Under the pieces are notes generated by a model. It worked only from the letters and a program-made list of their open reading frames with translations. It was not told the origin of the DNA and made no database searches. A program made the position numbers and the translations under genes. DNA of 64,000 nt, taken from NCBI GenBank assembly GCA_965112155.1, contig OZ218106.1. One strand, written 5' to 3'. The stretch is from Podarcis liolepis. Taxonomy: Eukaryota. This document shows, piece after piece, positions 12,601 to 26,300 of the stretch (position 1 is the first letter of the stretch; every line of letters begins with the position of its first letter).

Positions 12601-15600
12601 CGCCGCTGGCTGACTCTGATCTTTCTTGTAGTAACAGCTCAAACCAACATTCAGTATTATTTTTAATAGAGCAAGGAAGAAAACAACAGCAGCTTACGTG
12701 CTAGTATGTTTGATAAACTGTGGAGGGAGTAGCATTAATCCTCACCCCCCCTTCCAAAAACATGCTCACACCCACATCCTAAGTTAAAGGATTCCTTTCT
12801 CCTTGCAAGACAGCTTGCGAAGTTGAAGTTCCTGCATCTACGAAGGTTGCATAGAAGGCAAAATTCAACTAAGCAAAGCACCTGCAGCACTGAGATGGGA
12901 TAATCTAAACTTCAGAAGACTGTAATATGCATATTTATTTAAATATAATAAATTAAAAGTCAGGTGATCAATCAACTAATATCTGTTCACAGCCCAAACG
13001 ACTGGGACATGCACATAAATAAGAGTTTACTAATATTCTCTGCAGTTTTATTTTACAGTTTAACCATTCAAAATGTTTTTTTTAAAAAAGGTAAAGGACC
13101 CCTGACAGTTAAGTCCAGTCACGAACGACTCTGGGGTTGCATCGCTCATCTCACTTTACTGGCCGAGGGAGCCAACGTTTGTCCACAGACAGTTCTTCTG
13201 GGTCATGTGGCCAGCATGACTAAGCCGCTTCTGGCAAAACCAGAGCAGCGCATGGAAACGCTGTTTACCTTCCCGCCAGAGCAGTACCTATTTATCTACT
13301 TGCACCCAACCTTCTGATCGGCAAGCCCAAGGCTCAGTGCTTTACACCACAGCGCCACCCACAGTCTGTCCTATTTCTTTAATTAGCAGAGATCATTATG
13401 CTGAGGAATCTAATGCCTAAGATTTCAGAGAAAGCACATTACCTTCTCCACATCTGTACATCTGTTTCTATTGAAAACAGTAGGTCTGTGAGTAAGCGTT
13501 GATGCATTTGTGACCATCGGAATTCAGGAATACGAAACATGGTAGACCTAGAATCCCTTCTCTGTCCATCTGAGGCAGCTCCTGTGCCTTGGCCTGCTGC
13601 ATCTTGCTGTCTTGATGTCTATACAAATAAAATGTATTGAAACATTATGTTAAAAGTTCAAATTGAAATATTCCAGAAGACCTCAAACCTAAAAAGTTTG
13701 TATAGCTCTAAAATGTAAAATTATGTCTAACTAATTCTATAGAGTGGGAACTACAAGTCAAAAATGGCAACTAGTTTATACCGATTCTACACACTACAGA
13801 GCAATTGTACCACCATTTCTGCCAGCCAAGACAAGCATAAGCAGCAGCTGCTACACCTTACCACATAGGGTGAATATATTGCTGCTGACTGTGATCTCCC
13901 TCCTTTGAGGAAGTATGGTGTAGGATGATGGTTTTCCATTGGAAGATGTCTCTGCAGGAGGGAAGCACTTAAGTCCATCACTATTTAAATATTAAATCAG
14001 TAAGCATCACTGACCCGGATGCTAAAAGTATGATGAGAGAGTGATGCACATCTTACGCCAATTCTTGTTTAACTGATAAAAAATTATGTTATGTAGAGAC
14101 TCTGACTCTGATCTCAATATTTGTAGCCAATGATCAAATTTATTTTTACAGCTCTATAGGGTTAGACCAACTCTTTTCCAGCTAAGTGTTGGCTGTCAAT
14201 ATGAAATACATACCTACTAAGAAGAGAACTGTGGTCTTTAAAAAAAAAGTTACGTAAATTGATCAAACACCTTAAAATCCTGCAATATACTTAACATTTT
14301 TAGATGAAGTAACTGAGGTACAGAACCTACCTCAGGGAGGGAATGAAGAGGTTGATTTACTTCCAGGCTGGTGCTGGACTTTAACTCTAATCTTTCGGTA
14401 TCTGATGCCACACTGGAAACATCAAGCTTTGCTATTTTCTTGTCTGAAACCACCACCGTTTCTGAAATATGTGGCTGCATATCATCTACCGTTGTTTTGG
14501 TTTGAAGGTTATCAGTATTGTGTTCATCTGCCTTCTCTGTAATATCTGCATTTGGTTGAGCTTTCGTATCACTGATTTCAGAAGCACTGGTCTCTGGCAA
14601 AGCATCTGACTCTTGTCCTGTTTCCACAGATGCATCAGCAACTTTGGGTTCTAAAGCAACTGAAACTGGTTCTTCCATTGTAGCAGTATTCTGCTGTATT
14701 GCTGGTGCTGGCTGGCTTTCAGACAAGGTATGATCTTTACTGAGTTTAGGAGCACATTCCTCTGAGGTAAAAGGTAGGCTGCTTTCCTCTTTTAAATCAA
14801 CAAAATCTTCTTCCTCTTCCTCCTCCACTTCTGGTGTTAGTTTTTCTAATATTTCTGGGCTTTCAAGTGTGTCTCCTTCAACATTTTGTGAAGGGGATTG
14901 TGCAATGGCGGCTACTGTCTCTTCCTCATGATTTGCTTCAGTGGTTTCAGAAGCAGCTTCTGAATCTTGCTTTATTGCTTCAGCCTTTAGGGGAAGTTCT
15001 AAGCAAGGTGCTTTACTTAGATCAGGAGTTCTCCAACCATTTTCTCCTTCTGTTTGCTTTTCTGCGTTCATTTCCGAGTTAGCTTGTTTTTCAAAATCAG
15101 GTGATCTACCTTCAGCGTTCAGAGTGCTGTTTTCTACATTACCATTCCCAACATCATTTGCAGAAGTACCAGCTTCTTTTATTTCCAGATGTTGCTGCCT
15201 TCCTGTAACTTCAGCCTCCCTGCTGGTTCCTGAGATACTTCTAATTAGAGTTGATGGACCAGGAGCAGAGTCTTCATCTCCTTTTTCTTGATATTCCCTG
15301 AACATTTGAGAAAGGCTCTCCTTGTGTATTTCAAAAGTTACCTTTGAAAAGAATGGTTTCAATTCTGTAAATGTTTAAAACTTACAACGTATCCTACAAA
15401 TTCTGCTATAAAGCCCCCCCCCAATGGATAGGTCTACAACTTCGCAGAGTGATCTTAAATATTTATAATTATCACCGCATAATGCAAGATAACCGAGTGC
15501 TGACCCTTATAGTATTAATGCAGATTGAATCATTAAATGTTATTGACTTTTTGATATTTTATTTACACAGAGTTTAAATTTAGAACCCATTTCAGTATTC

Positions 15601-17335
15601 AAGACAACCTCTACACATAAACACAATCATTTAAATTGCATACAGTCGTACCTTGAAAGTTGAACGGAATCCGTTCCGGAAGTCCCGTTTGACTTCCAAA
15701 ACGTTCGGAAACCAAAGTGCGGCTTCCAATTAGCTGCAGGAACACTCACTTCTGGGTTTGCAGCGTTCGAGTACCAAGGTGTTCCGGATCCAAAGTATGA
15801 CTGTAGTTACAATCACATGGAAAGGGAGAACTGGGCTGCCCTGCCATTATATCTCAGCAAACCCACACTGCCTACACACTAGAGATCACATAAGCAACAG
15901 GGAAACTGCCAGGTAGTATTCCATACTGTGGAACCCTGTACAATCCGCAGGCTCCTTACTATAGATGTGATCTTAAACAATTGACACTATTTAGGTGACC
16001 AAAGGAAGCCTTGTAAATCAGTCCACTAAAGTTAATAGCCTGCTGGAAGCTGGCAGAGAAATGCATTTCTGTGCTGGATACAGAGGAGAGGGCATCCTCT
16101 GGCATCCTATTTGGTTTCTTTATAGCAAAGGAGCAAAGGAGAGATGAGTAAGGTAAAGAGGATTGTTCTGACCCACTCACTCACCAACATACAGTTACAT
16201 GGCAAAGTAGGCAAGTGACTACATTAAAGGCGGTTAAGGGACTTTAAATGATACTAACGACAGGCAACTCTCCATTTACGCAGGGGTTACGTTCCGAAGC
16301 ACCATCTGCAGCAGCGGATGTGCGTAAGCCCCCCCCCCTTGCGGTGCCAAAAACGGCACACATGTCAGCGATTGTGCACAAATGGGGAGGTGCCTGTACA
16401 TCGGGAATTGAACTCACTGAATTTCTCACAACAGAGGTATATACTGTAAGTGGATAACTTATTAAAATAGAAGAATTAGATGCTTGTACTCAGAATATAC
16501 TAAAGCACAAAGGTATTTTTCTTAAATTCAACCAAGCACACATGTATTTTTTCACGAATTTGTTATTTTTGTGCTATATATAACACTACAGTAACAATTC
16601 AGGTGACATGCTGGAGACATGATAATGTCAATGTAGTATGAATAATTTCCATGAGAAAAATTTATTCATATTGCATATTCAATCACCAACATCAGAGAAA
16701 ATAGATGGGGTGAAAGTAAAGTAAAATCTCTTAGGTAGATACACACACCCCTGATTGAACATAAGGCAAAGGCTGTTTGTTAAACGAAAACAAATCAGTA
16801 TTTTGCTTCTAGGTCCTATCATGCATTCATACTCTTCCATTTAGTTCACTCTATCTTTTCTATGTCAGCAATATATTTTTCATTCATTCCGACAAAGGTG
16901 TGATGAGTTGAAAGATTTATAGCTCAGGTTTTTAAGATTCATTTCCCAAAGAGATGCCCTAAGCCCTGCAGAGTTTTTCCATCAGCTAACTTAGTATCTA
17001 CAGCATTAAATATTCCCTTAGGCAAACTAGTCTCAGGACAGTAAGCTTTGTCAAAGATATTCATGGACACCTTTTCATTCAGTAACACATTACATATTCC
17101 TCACTTGGTTCTTATAAGAAAGAGTGTGCCTGCCTAGTGTACAGAATAATAACAAGTAGCAGAAAAAGAGCCAGAATATTTTCTTTTTTTATAAAACCAC
17201 AAATTCCACTGCAAAATATATAGCATGTAAGATTCCCCCCTTCAGAATGAACTATACATAACAAAAGGATACAAAAAGGACAATAGTCCATCACTAATTA
17301 GATTAAAATCTGGCTTTGAGAGGGGTGTGTGTGTG

Positions 17336-17382
<47 letters not shown>

Positions 17383-20300
17383 TCATTTTTCAATTAAAAA
17401 CTCTCAAGACAGGATGTAGTTTATTAACTCATGATAAATTGTGGGGGGGGGGGGGAGACCCAGATATTCTCAGATAGGCTGCCTTATACAATGTCAGAAC
17501 ATTGGAATGTCTACCCTGACTTGTAGAGGTTCCACAAATCAACTTGTCCGACTTATTTCATTGCTTAGACTGTGAATCATCTTGTTATAATTTTGCCTAT
17601 TTGCACACATGCAGTTTATAGTTAAAAAGTGACTGTTGTCTATGAGGCTCTCCTAGACATTCTTGGAGCTTCTGTAATGCAATGAACAGCTAAAGGAGAA
17701 GACACAAAAGGCTGATAGGATCTCAAGGATCTGCCTGGGAAAGCCTCACTTGCTTGTGATCTTGGGCAAGAATAATAAGGGCTGGGAAATGTGTGGAGTG
17801 TTAGGCAGGACAGAGCCCCTGGAAGTGATTCTTGAGAGCTCATATTCCCTGCCCTGCTATTTGAGATCCTTTAAGTGGAGATGCCAGGTATTCTGCCCAT
17901 GAAGCATAGCTTGTTTCTTAGGGTTTACACTGATTGGCAGCAGCTCTCTGAGGTTTCAAGCCAGAGCCTTTTCCAGCCATACTTTGAGGTTCCAGGGGAG
18001 TGAACGAAGGACCATTTGTATGCAGAGCTTATGCTTTACCACTGAGCTATATTAAAATAGGGGTTCATAGTATGGTTAGTAAAGAACCTACATCAAGAAT
18101 GGGGAAATGTGGCCCGGTCCAGATGTTGTTAACTCCCACCATTCCTGACTACTGGCTATGCTGACTGAGGTTCTTGGGAGTTGTAATCCAGTAATATCTA
18201 GCGGGCTGAGATAAGCCACTGATGAAGAGGCTTGTGAAGTGCTCCACACACAGCTACTGGAAAGTTGACTTGAGTTGCCAGTAAACCTCCAAGGTCAAGT
18301 ACCTTTAGTTTTCTCTATGACTTGCCACAGATACAAAATTTCAGAGAGTCATGTTTTTCCTGTATTTGCCCTAACAAACTGGTATTGTGACATAAGCTTT
18401 CATGGACCAGCTTTCACCTCAAGTAGGTGCCCCTACTTCAGTAGGCTCTAGTTCACACAAAAAAGTCTGTCTTAACAAATCTTTAACAAGTCTTTAAACT
18501 TGCAGCAACAATCTGAAAGTTGTAATGTTAGCCAAGAGAGTTTCACATTTACCTGTATCTGGCCTTTTTATATCTCCCTCTAGATGTTTGCTGCTGTGAA
18601 GCTGGTAATTCACAATTAATTACCAAATATTGCTTTAAATTAGCAAGCTAAAAGGCCATTCATTAATCTTCACCATCATTTGATGCCTAATCCATAGCCA
18701 TTTGCAACATTTGGAAAGCTCCTCTATGCACTACTAGTTAAAGACAGTTGCAAGCTAATAAATACAACATTCCCTTCTGCCATTAATTTTAACTTAATTT
18801 GACATTCAACATTCACTAATTGCTAGACATGAAGATTAGAATGCACTGTACAAAAAGGTTATGGTGACATATTCTGTATTAGAACTACAGTGCACATTGA
18901 TCAAAAAGTAGCTATTTATTAAGATTTCACATTTGTTATTCCCCATATCTTATGCTTATATCACATTTCTACAATGAGGTCAAGACTCAAGGAGAAAGGG
19001 AGGCTGGTTGTTCAGCCAAGCAACAGAACACCTTTTTTTTGTATGTAACAAGGTTTACTGGAAATTAGCTCCTGTGCTGCTAAACTCCATCAATAAGCTA
19101 TTCATAATTCCAGCAAATGTTGCTATTTTTTATCCTAATGAGAGCTTTATTGACTTGTTTTTCCACCCTCCTAGGAGCAACGCTAACAGTTCAGGCCTGG
19201 AAACTCTCTACACCATTCAGAAAACAAATCAACTTTGACTGGAGGCACCAATACCTGCTGATATCAATCCCAGGGAAATGAATCCGTCAAAGAGGAACAG
19301 AGGTACTGTACACACAAAAGCCTTTGCACATTCTGGCACCTTCCCCAGCATAACAAATCATTTGGCCCCCATACTGGCAAGCTTCTTACAACACAGATCA
19401 AAAGACTGTATTAAGTCCAAGCCATTTAGCTTAACTGTCAAAACACAAATGAAATTACTTTTTTCATATACATATTGCATTAAAATGTTTTAATTGACAA
19501 CTTTAGCTATTATGACCCATACCATATTGTGACGTATTCAAGGTGTGAATTACATTGTTGGTGGGTAATATTTTTTTCAAGTGTTATAAAGCAAATAATG
19601 GCCCTCAAAAGCAAATGAGCCCATTTTAAGAAGACAGGTAATTTCCCCACAGTCCTTCATATTTTCTTTGGTTGCATGTATTGGCAGCACATGCACAAGT
19701 TGTGTGTACTGGTGCACTGTGACCCTGTCTTATGAACCATTGCCTTGTACTTCAACTTACCTGTATGGGAAAGTCAGAATCCAGTTAAATATTGTTAATC
19801 CATCATGCCAAATGTTCCTAATATGTTCCTATTATTATACTATATTTACTGCTTTGCATAGGTTACTGTTTAGAAATTAAATCCCATAGTTATAGCACAG
19901 TACTACAACTAATTTTTAAAACTATGGTTTGAGGGAACACAGCAGCTTGGTTTCTACATCATAATAAGCCAAACTCTGGTTTCCTGGAACTGTGCAAACT
20001 TGTGGTCTCCCATAGAGAAACTTTGCCATGGTTTGCCATGCCATGCTGAATTAAACCAAGGTTTGCAAAGCCTCACAGGGCATGCAGAGCACCATGAACA
20101 GGACTTCATCGGTGCTGGCAATCAGCTGACTTGTTAGTTATTGCAAAGTCCAGTGAACAGCACTCTGCAAGATCTTATAATAAGCTGATCATCAGGTCTG
20201 GTGAAGTCGCATGCATAGATCGTCAGGAACTGCAAACCCAGGTGCTTGCAAAGCCAGGATCTGCAAGGTCTGATGATCCACTAATTGTCAGGGCTTGCAA

Positions 20301-23300
20301 AGTCAGGTATGTAGTGCTTTGTGCATGGTGCCTACAAGCCTTTCAGCCCACCTATGTCTTTATCTGCCCCACACCTGCTTTATATATGATATTAGGTGTA
20401 AGACCAGTGAGCAGGACTTGGCTAAAATGGTCTTGTGAGCCAAATGGAACGGTCCAGCGGCTAGAGGTTCTGCACCACTGATTTACAGGATAAAGATTGT
20501 ATTGAAGCTTGAAAAGGAAGTAGAATAGATAGATAGGTAAGAGAGATGAAAGGAAATGGGCGTTGACTAATTGAAATACACAAGGGTTGTGGTGCTTCAA
20601 GTAAGAAATACAAAAGAAAGGTTTTGCAATCCACCTTGAGTGCTTCAGTAGGAAGACAGGGTGGAAATATATCTTTCTATATACATAAAAATATAAGGTT
20701 GTCATCACACCGCAGCTTGTGTGGCCATCAATAAGCAGTCACACCAACTCCAACATGACAACAGAATGGAAGGTAGGCAAGCACTAAAGGTGGCAGGGGG
20801 GGGGGTCAAGCAAGCTGTTTAACAGAGATGGGGAAATACTTCAGAGAGTCATTTTGCTAAATGGCTCTCTGAAGCTCCTCCCCGCTCTTTTAAAAGGAGT
20901 TGGGGGTTGGGGAGAGCTATGAGGGGACAGCGGTGAAGGGAGTAGGACAGGAGGTTTGGGTGACTTATGGGGTAACAGATGAGGGGGTGGGTCAGGGGTA
21001 AAGGAAGGAGGGGCTGGGCAGGTGTGGGGAAACAGGGTTTTTTAACAGGTTGATGAGCGGCTTAAATAAATGGGGAAGAAATAGCCATCATCAGTGAGAC
21101 CATTAACAAAACCAGATTCTGGTTGAGACTGGTCTGTCCTATTATCCTGGAACAAATCTGGCTTTTAGCCCTTGAAGAGGAATGCTCAGAACAAGCAGAA
21201 AGCTTGTTGTCATATGTCGCCATCTAGCCCTGTATTTTCTACTCTGATTGGCAACAACCACCAAGATTTCAGGTAGACATGTTTCATTTCACCTGCTACC
21301 TAGCAGGATTGAACCTGGGACCTGGCAACAAAGCATGTGCTCTACCCCATAGATTATGATCGTCTTTCGAAATTTTACATTCCTCTCTCCTTTCCTCCCA
21401 ATCCTGAATCCAATTCCTCTGCTTTGTTTTTTGGTGCAAGCTGAGCAGCAGAAACACAGTGCCATCTTCCTTCAACATTGTGGCTCTGTTCAGAAAGACA
21501 GCAATTAATTGCCTTCTGGAGTATGCCTGATTTTGCCAGCTACAACACTTGGGGTGGGGAGTAGGTATGAGGCCCCATCAGAAGAAGAAGAGGAGGAGGA
21601 GGAGTTTGGATTTAATATCCCGCTTTATCACTACCCGAAGGAGTCTCAAAGCGGCTAACATTCTCCTCTCCCTTCCTCCCCCACAACAAACACTCTGTGA
21701 GGTGAGTGAGGCTGAGGGACTTCAAAGAAGTGTGAGTAGCCCAAGGTCACCCAGCAGCTGCATGTGGAGGAGCGAGGACTCGAACCCAGTTCCCCAGATT
21801 ACGAGACTACCTCTCTTAACCACTACACCACACTGGCTCATGGTTGTACTTGAGCACAATTTCCTTTCCCCATAGTAGTGAATGGCAGTTATAGACAATT
21901 ATAAAGGGACACGATAAAGAGGAAATCTAAATATGTTGCCAGACCCTGGTGGTACCTGTCATTAGGAATTAAGCCTGTTCCTATTGGCAGAGAGCAAATC
22001 TTGGATTCAATTGCAAGCCAATGTGTGAACAAATCCTAGAATAGCAGCACATAATGTTGTGAACCAGATACATTTTCTACTGAATGTGTGGGCAAGGCCA
22101 ATGTTCCTCAGTGCTCTTGCTCCTATCCATGCAATATAATTTCATTTCATCATAAGAAAGACTTAAATCTGGGTATAGAGGTTGTGTGTACTATTTATCC
22201 TTTAACAGAATAATCTGCTCAGATAAATTCACATGAGATTTGTCTGAAACTTTTTGTTCATGTTCAATCGATTTAGAATTGCATCCAACAAAATCTTTGC
22301 GCTCATAGATCAACTTCTACAAGCACAATGGAATTTTTGCTTCCACTACCTGCACCAGTCAAAAATCTGCTCTGCAGGATTAGGGGAACCTCATAGCAGA
22401 TTTGAGGAGGGCATGGATAAAGAGAGGGAGGGGACATTCTGCTGTGCTCGCATGTGCAAGGATTTAGTTGGATACAACCCGATGTAAAGAAGCTTCCATA
22501 TCAAGTGGTTCCTTACATTGACAGTTTTCTTTAAGATCTCGCATGCTCATATTTCCCTCCTGATTTGGGCTATGGTTCTTTGTTTGAGTTAATGAAGTAT
22601 TTTGTTTCCCCTTAGCTCACTCATTTAATAGGCAGGATCCAGGCTTGAGCTCAGCTCATGCTGGAAAAAAGAGGGCAGGCTCCTATGCCTTCTCAAAACT
22701 GCCAGCTGTGGCACTGCAATCCCACAGGTGTGTCTGGCACCTTCTTTGTATAGCTTTCATCATACGCTGGAAAGACTAGTCTTCTGATGTAAATTGTTTT
22801 TAAAGGATTTTAATACAGCACAATCACATCTTACGGACATTTAACTTGCACAATTTCAGTCATACATGGTTCAAGGCAGGCTGACTGAAACTACACAAGT
22901 TAACCCCCTTGGGTATACACAATTTTCATGTATACGTGGAACCCTTGGAATTGAAACCCAATGTAAGATGTGATCGTACTGTACTGATATTTTACGTAGC
23001 TGTAACGCACTCTTACTCTAAAAAGTGAGTATGGACCTATGTGAATAAACAAAAGATGAAACCAAGAACAAACCTTGGTTGCAATTCATGATTTGTCTGG
23101 TGTGAGAGAAACCACAAGTCTGGACTTGGAAGTAATGGAATGCCAAATCATTGCTTAACCTCAGGTGGCACGATAACCAGAGGACCAGGAGAAGAATGCT
23201 TCAGTTCAGGAATATGGATACTTTCCAATTTGTGCTAAGCCATGGTTTGCCTCACTATTATGTTTGAACTGGTCCATTCTTGCAGATCAACATTAGGGTA

Positions 23301-26300
23301 ACACAGAACTGTGCCATGTTATATGTGTCCTAAGTGAATTGACAATACAGTAAAGAGATACTGGAGCAGCTGTTTAGGACTGCAGTGTTGTCCCCAATCT
23401 TCTATTATGTTTTTCCAATGTCTTTTAAATTTTGTCTCAAAGTTTAACCCAGGAGTAGCTTTCAAGGATGCAAGTTCTGTTCTTAACATTTTAAAAACTG
23501 AAGACATATAGGAAGATTAGTCCTAATACCTCTATCCCTCTAGTTATACCATCAGGAGGGAGGAAATCCCAGTCCCCAGAAACATTGTGACCTTTGTGGT
23601 AAATCCAGGGATAAAGCTGCCCACTGCGTGATATAGCCACCTCTTGTGGCACTTTAAACTCTATAATAATTCCCCATAAATCAAGTTTAGCTAACGAATC
23701 ATTTTTGCTCACCTTCTCTTTTGAATTTTGTCTGCATCTGCAAGACTGGGCAAGTCAAGCAAGCTACTATACAATTCAGCCTAATTTAATGGACGTCTAC
23801 AAATATAACCCATTAGACACTTCATATGACCATCCATAATGAAGTAATTTAAAAAATATATATCAAAATTTTTAAAACCCTCAATTTTTTAAAAAAAACA
23901 TTTCCTATATATATATTTTAACTTGGTTGCTTCAGAAATGCATAGATTATAGCAAAGTAAATATCACAACATAAATATACTGAAGTTGCCATTTTAACTT
24001 TTTGTTTTTAAACAGTAATACGCCCATCCTTTCTTATTAACCCCCACTAAAGGCTCCCCAAAATACATATTTATTATTAATATGGCAACTGCTCATTGTA
24101 AAATCAAGTTCCGCTAGAGAATTTAACACAGTTAACACAGCTACTGAAAAACTCAGGTTAAACCAAATTCTCTCTTATAATAATAGTATCGAAGATGCAA
24201 GGGGGAAAGAAGCAGTTTAAAATAAAATGAAATAAAAGGCTTCACAAAGGAATTTAGCTTTAAGAGGATTATGCGCACCTTTAAATCCTGAGAGCAAAAG
24301 AAAGCAATGTAGTGCAATTATGCCACAAAAGCCATCGCTGCTTATAAAGCGTAGTGTAGCTGTTGGAGAAGAGGGCTACAGTGACAAACAGCTTCCCTGC
24401 TACAAAGGTGGCAGGAAATCTATCAAACTGGACAATAAAATTGCAATTGAGTTTCTTTGGCTTTTTATAGCAGCCGCATGTATCTTGATGTGTAGCTCTG
24501 CAAAACCTAACCAATTCTGCAACACTCGTTTCTTTTACACGCTAGTACTTTTATCAGGAAGCAGTGTTGTAAATTAGCGGTAGATGCAAAAATGAAATAA
24601 GGAACATTAATCCCATTCATTAGCACTTTGCATCAAGATGTATTAAAGAAAAAAATGGGGGTAAAAGCTACTCCTGGAACTAAATATAAGAAAACATTGT
24701 CTCAATACAAGTATTTTGAAATGCTTTAATAAAAGAAAAAACCAAAAATTGCACATCGGTTGTTCACATAGCTTATATCCTTGCGGATCTATCTGAATCC
24801 AATAAAAACCATCTGTAACCAATTTAAATATTTTTAGGAAGGGAAAAAATATCAATTTTCAAGACCCTTTGTCCTCAGAATATCAATAGAGACATTTAAT
24901 TGAAAATCTTAATGCATCCAGGGAATACCTTGCAAGGATGAACTTGAGATCTGGGTGAATTAACTATCTCAATTCAGCAATCTTGTACAACCTATTTGTG
25001 TACTCATCACTCTTTAAGCCCAGTACCAGGTTCCATCTGGCTGATGGGTTCAAATACCTTCCAAACAACATATGCATGCACTAGCCCTTGAAATGCTAAG
25101 ACAGAAAGGGGAAGCGGCAATTTAACTCAAGGCAGAGCAACAGAGTGCAAGAAAGGCAACAGTCAGTTAGGAAAATACAATTCAACTGAGTAGGATGCGA
25201 AGAAACGACAATGTGGCATAAACATGCTCTGCTCCTATTTCACTTTTCTAGTAGGACAGAAAGTCATTCTTTTTACGATACAATAATCTTTACTGTCATT
25301 GTCCCATACAGAACAATGAAATTGGAAAAAATCTACATCAGACATTCAAAAACCAACAAGCCTGCTATCCCAACTATCCCAGCCTGGTTAGCCCCTAAAA
25401 ACTCCATGTTAAAAAAACCCCCAACAACCTAGAATTGTTGTTAATAGCCTCAAATTTAGATGTTTCCAGCAGAATTGAGGAAGGGCTCATACACTGATGA
25501 AAAGACTAAAAGTAGAGCCGGGGACACTGAAGAGCAAACCACATGTGATGACAGCAAAACATTTTTTGCGCAGGCACAGATTTTAACCATCACATATATA
25601 CAGAATGATGGGAATCAAACATTTTAAAAAGTGAAAGAACCATGTGGTTGAGGACAGCTGAACTCTCTTCTTGTTCCTATGGCTTCACTTTCCTACTGCT
25701 CTCCTCCCTCTACAAAAGGTGAAGCACTTTTCCACTCATTTGGCTCACTTCCAATGTCAGTGCCTCGAGGGAGGGGTGGTGGAGGAGAGGGGGGGGATTT
25801 TTGGATACCGGCTGCTGGGGAAAGAGCTGTGGAGGGTGGTTGGTCTTTCCTCACCTGCAGCCTCGTTTTGCTCTTAAATTGGTTCGCCTTCTCCCTCTTT
25901 ATTGGAGCAGGGCCAGCTTTAAGCAAATATACCTGAAACTGTCATGTGTTGTTCAAGCTTCCAAGAAACAAGGGTATGGGGGAAAGCCACAAAAAGATGG
26001 AGGAAGGCAGTCATGAAAGAGCTAGTAAGGAAAGAGATGGGGAGCAAAAGAAGAAGAAGAAATATGGGGAGCTGGTCATGAAACCGAAACAATTTTTTAG
26101 TAAGTAGAAAGCTTAGAATTATAGGAACTGGAAGCATGGAAAAATGACAGCGACAAATTGTAATCATCTACTGAAGCTTTTGAGAACATGAAATACTATT
26201 TTTAGGGATATATGCGTGTTATGAAAATATTTTGATTACACCCAATCTGCAAAGATATGTTTTGCTTTCTGAAAGGCATTACTAGGTCTAGAAAATATGT

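Noticed and set aside
14834-15291. Plus-strand ORFs overlapping exon 23 (likewise 3136-3687 and 51943-52190)
   Set aside because: Antisense shadows of LRBA coding exons.
18553-18601. Possible cassette exon ending CAG|gtaaat
   Set aside because: Available acceptors give 38/41/49 nt (frameshift) or 27 nt with an in-frame TAA.
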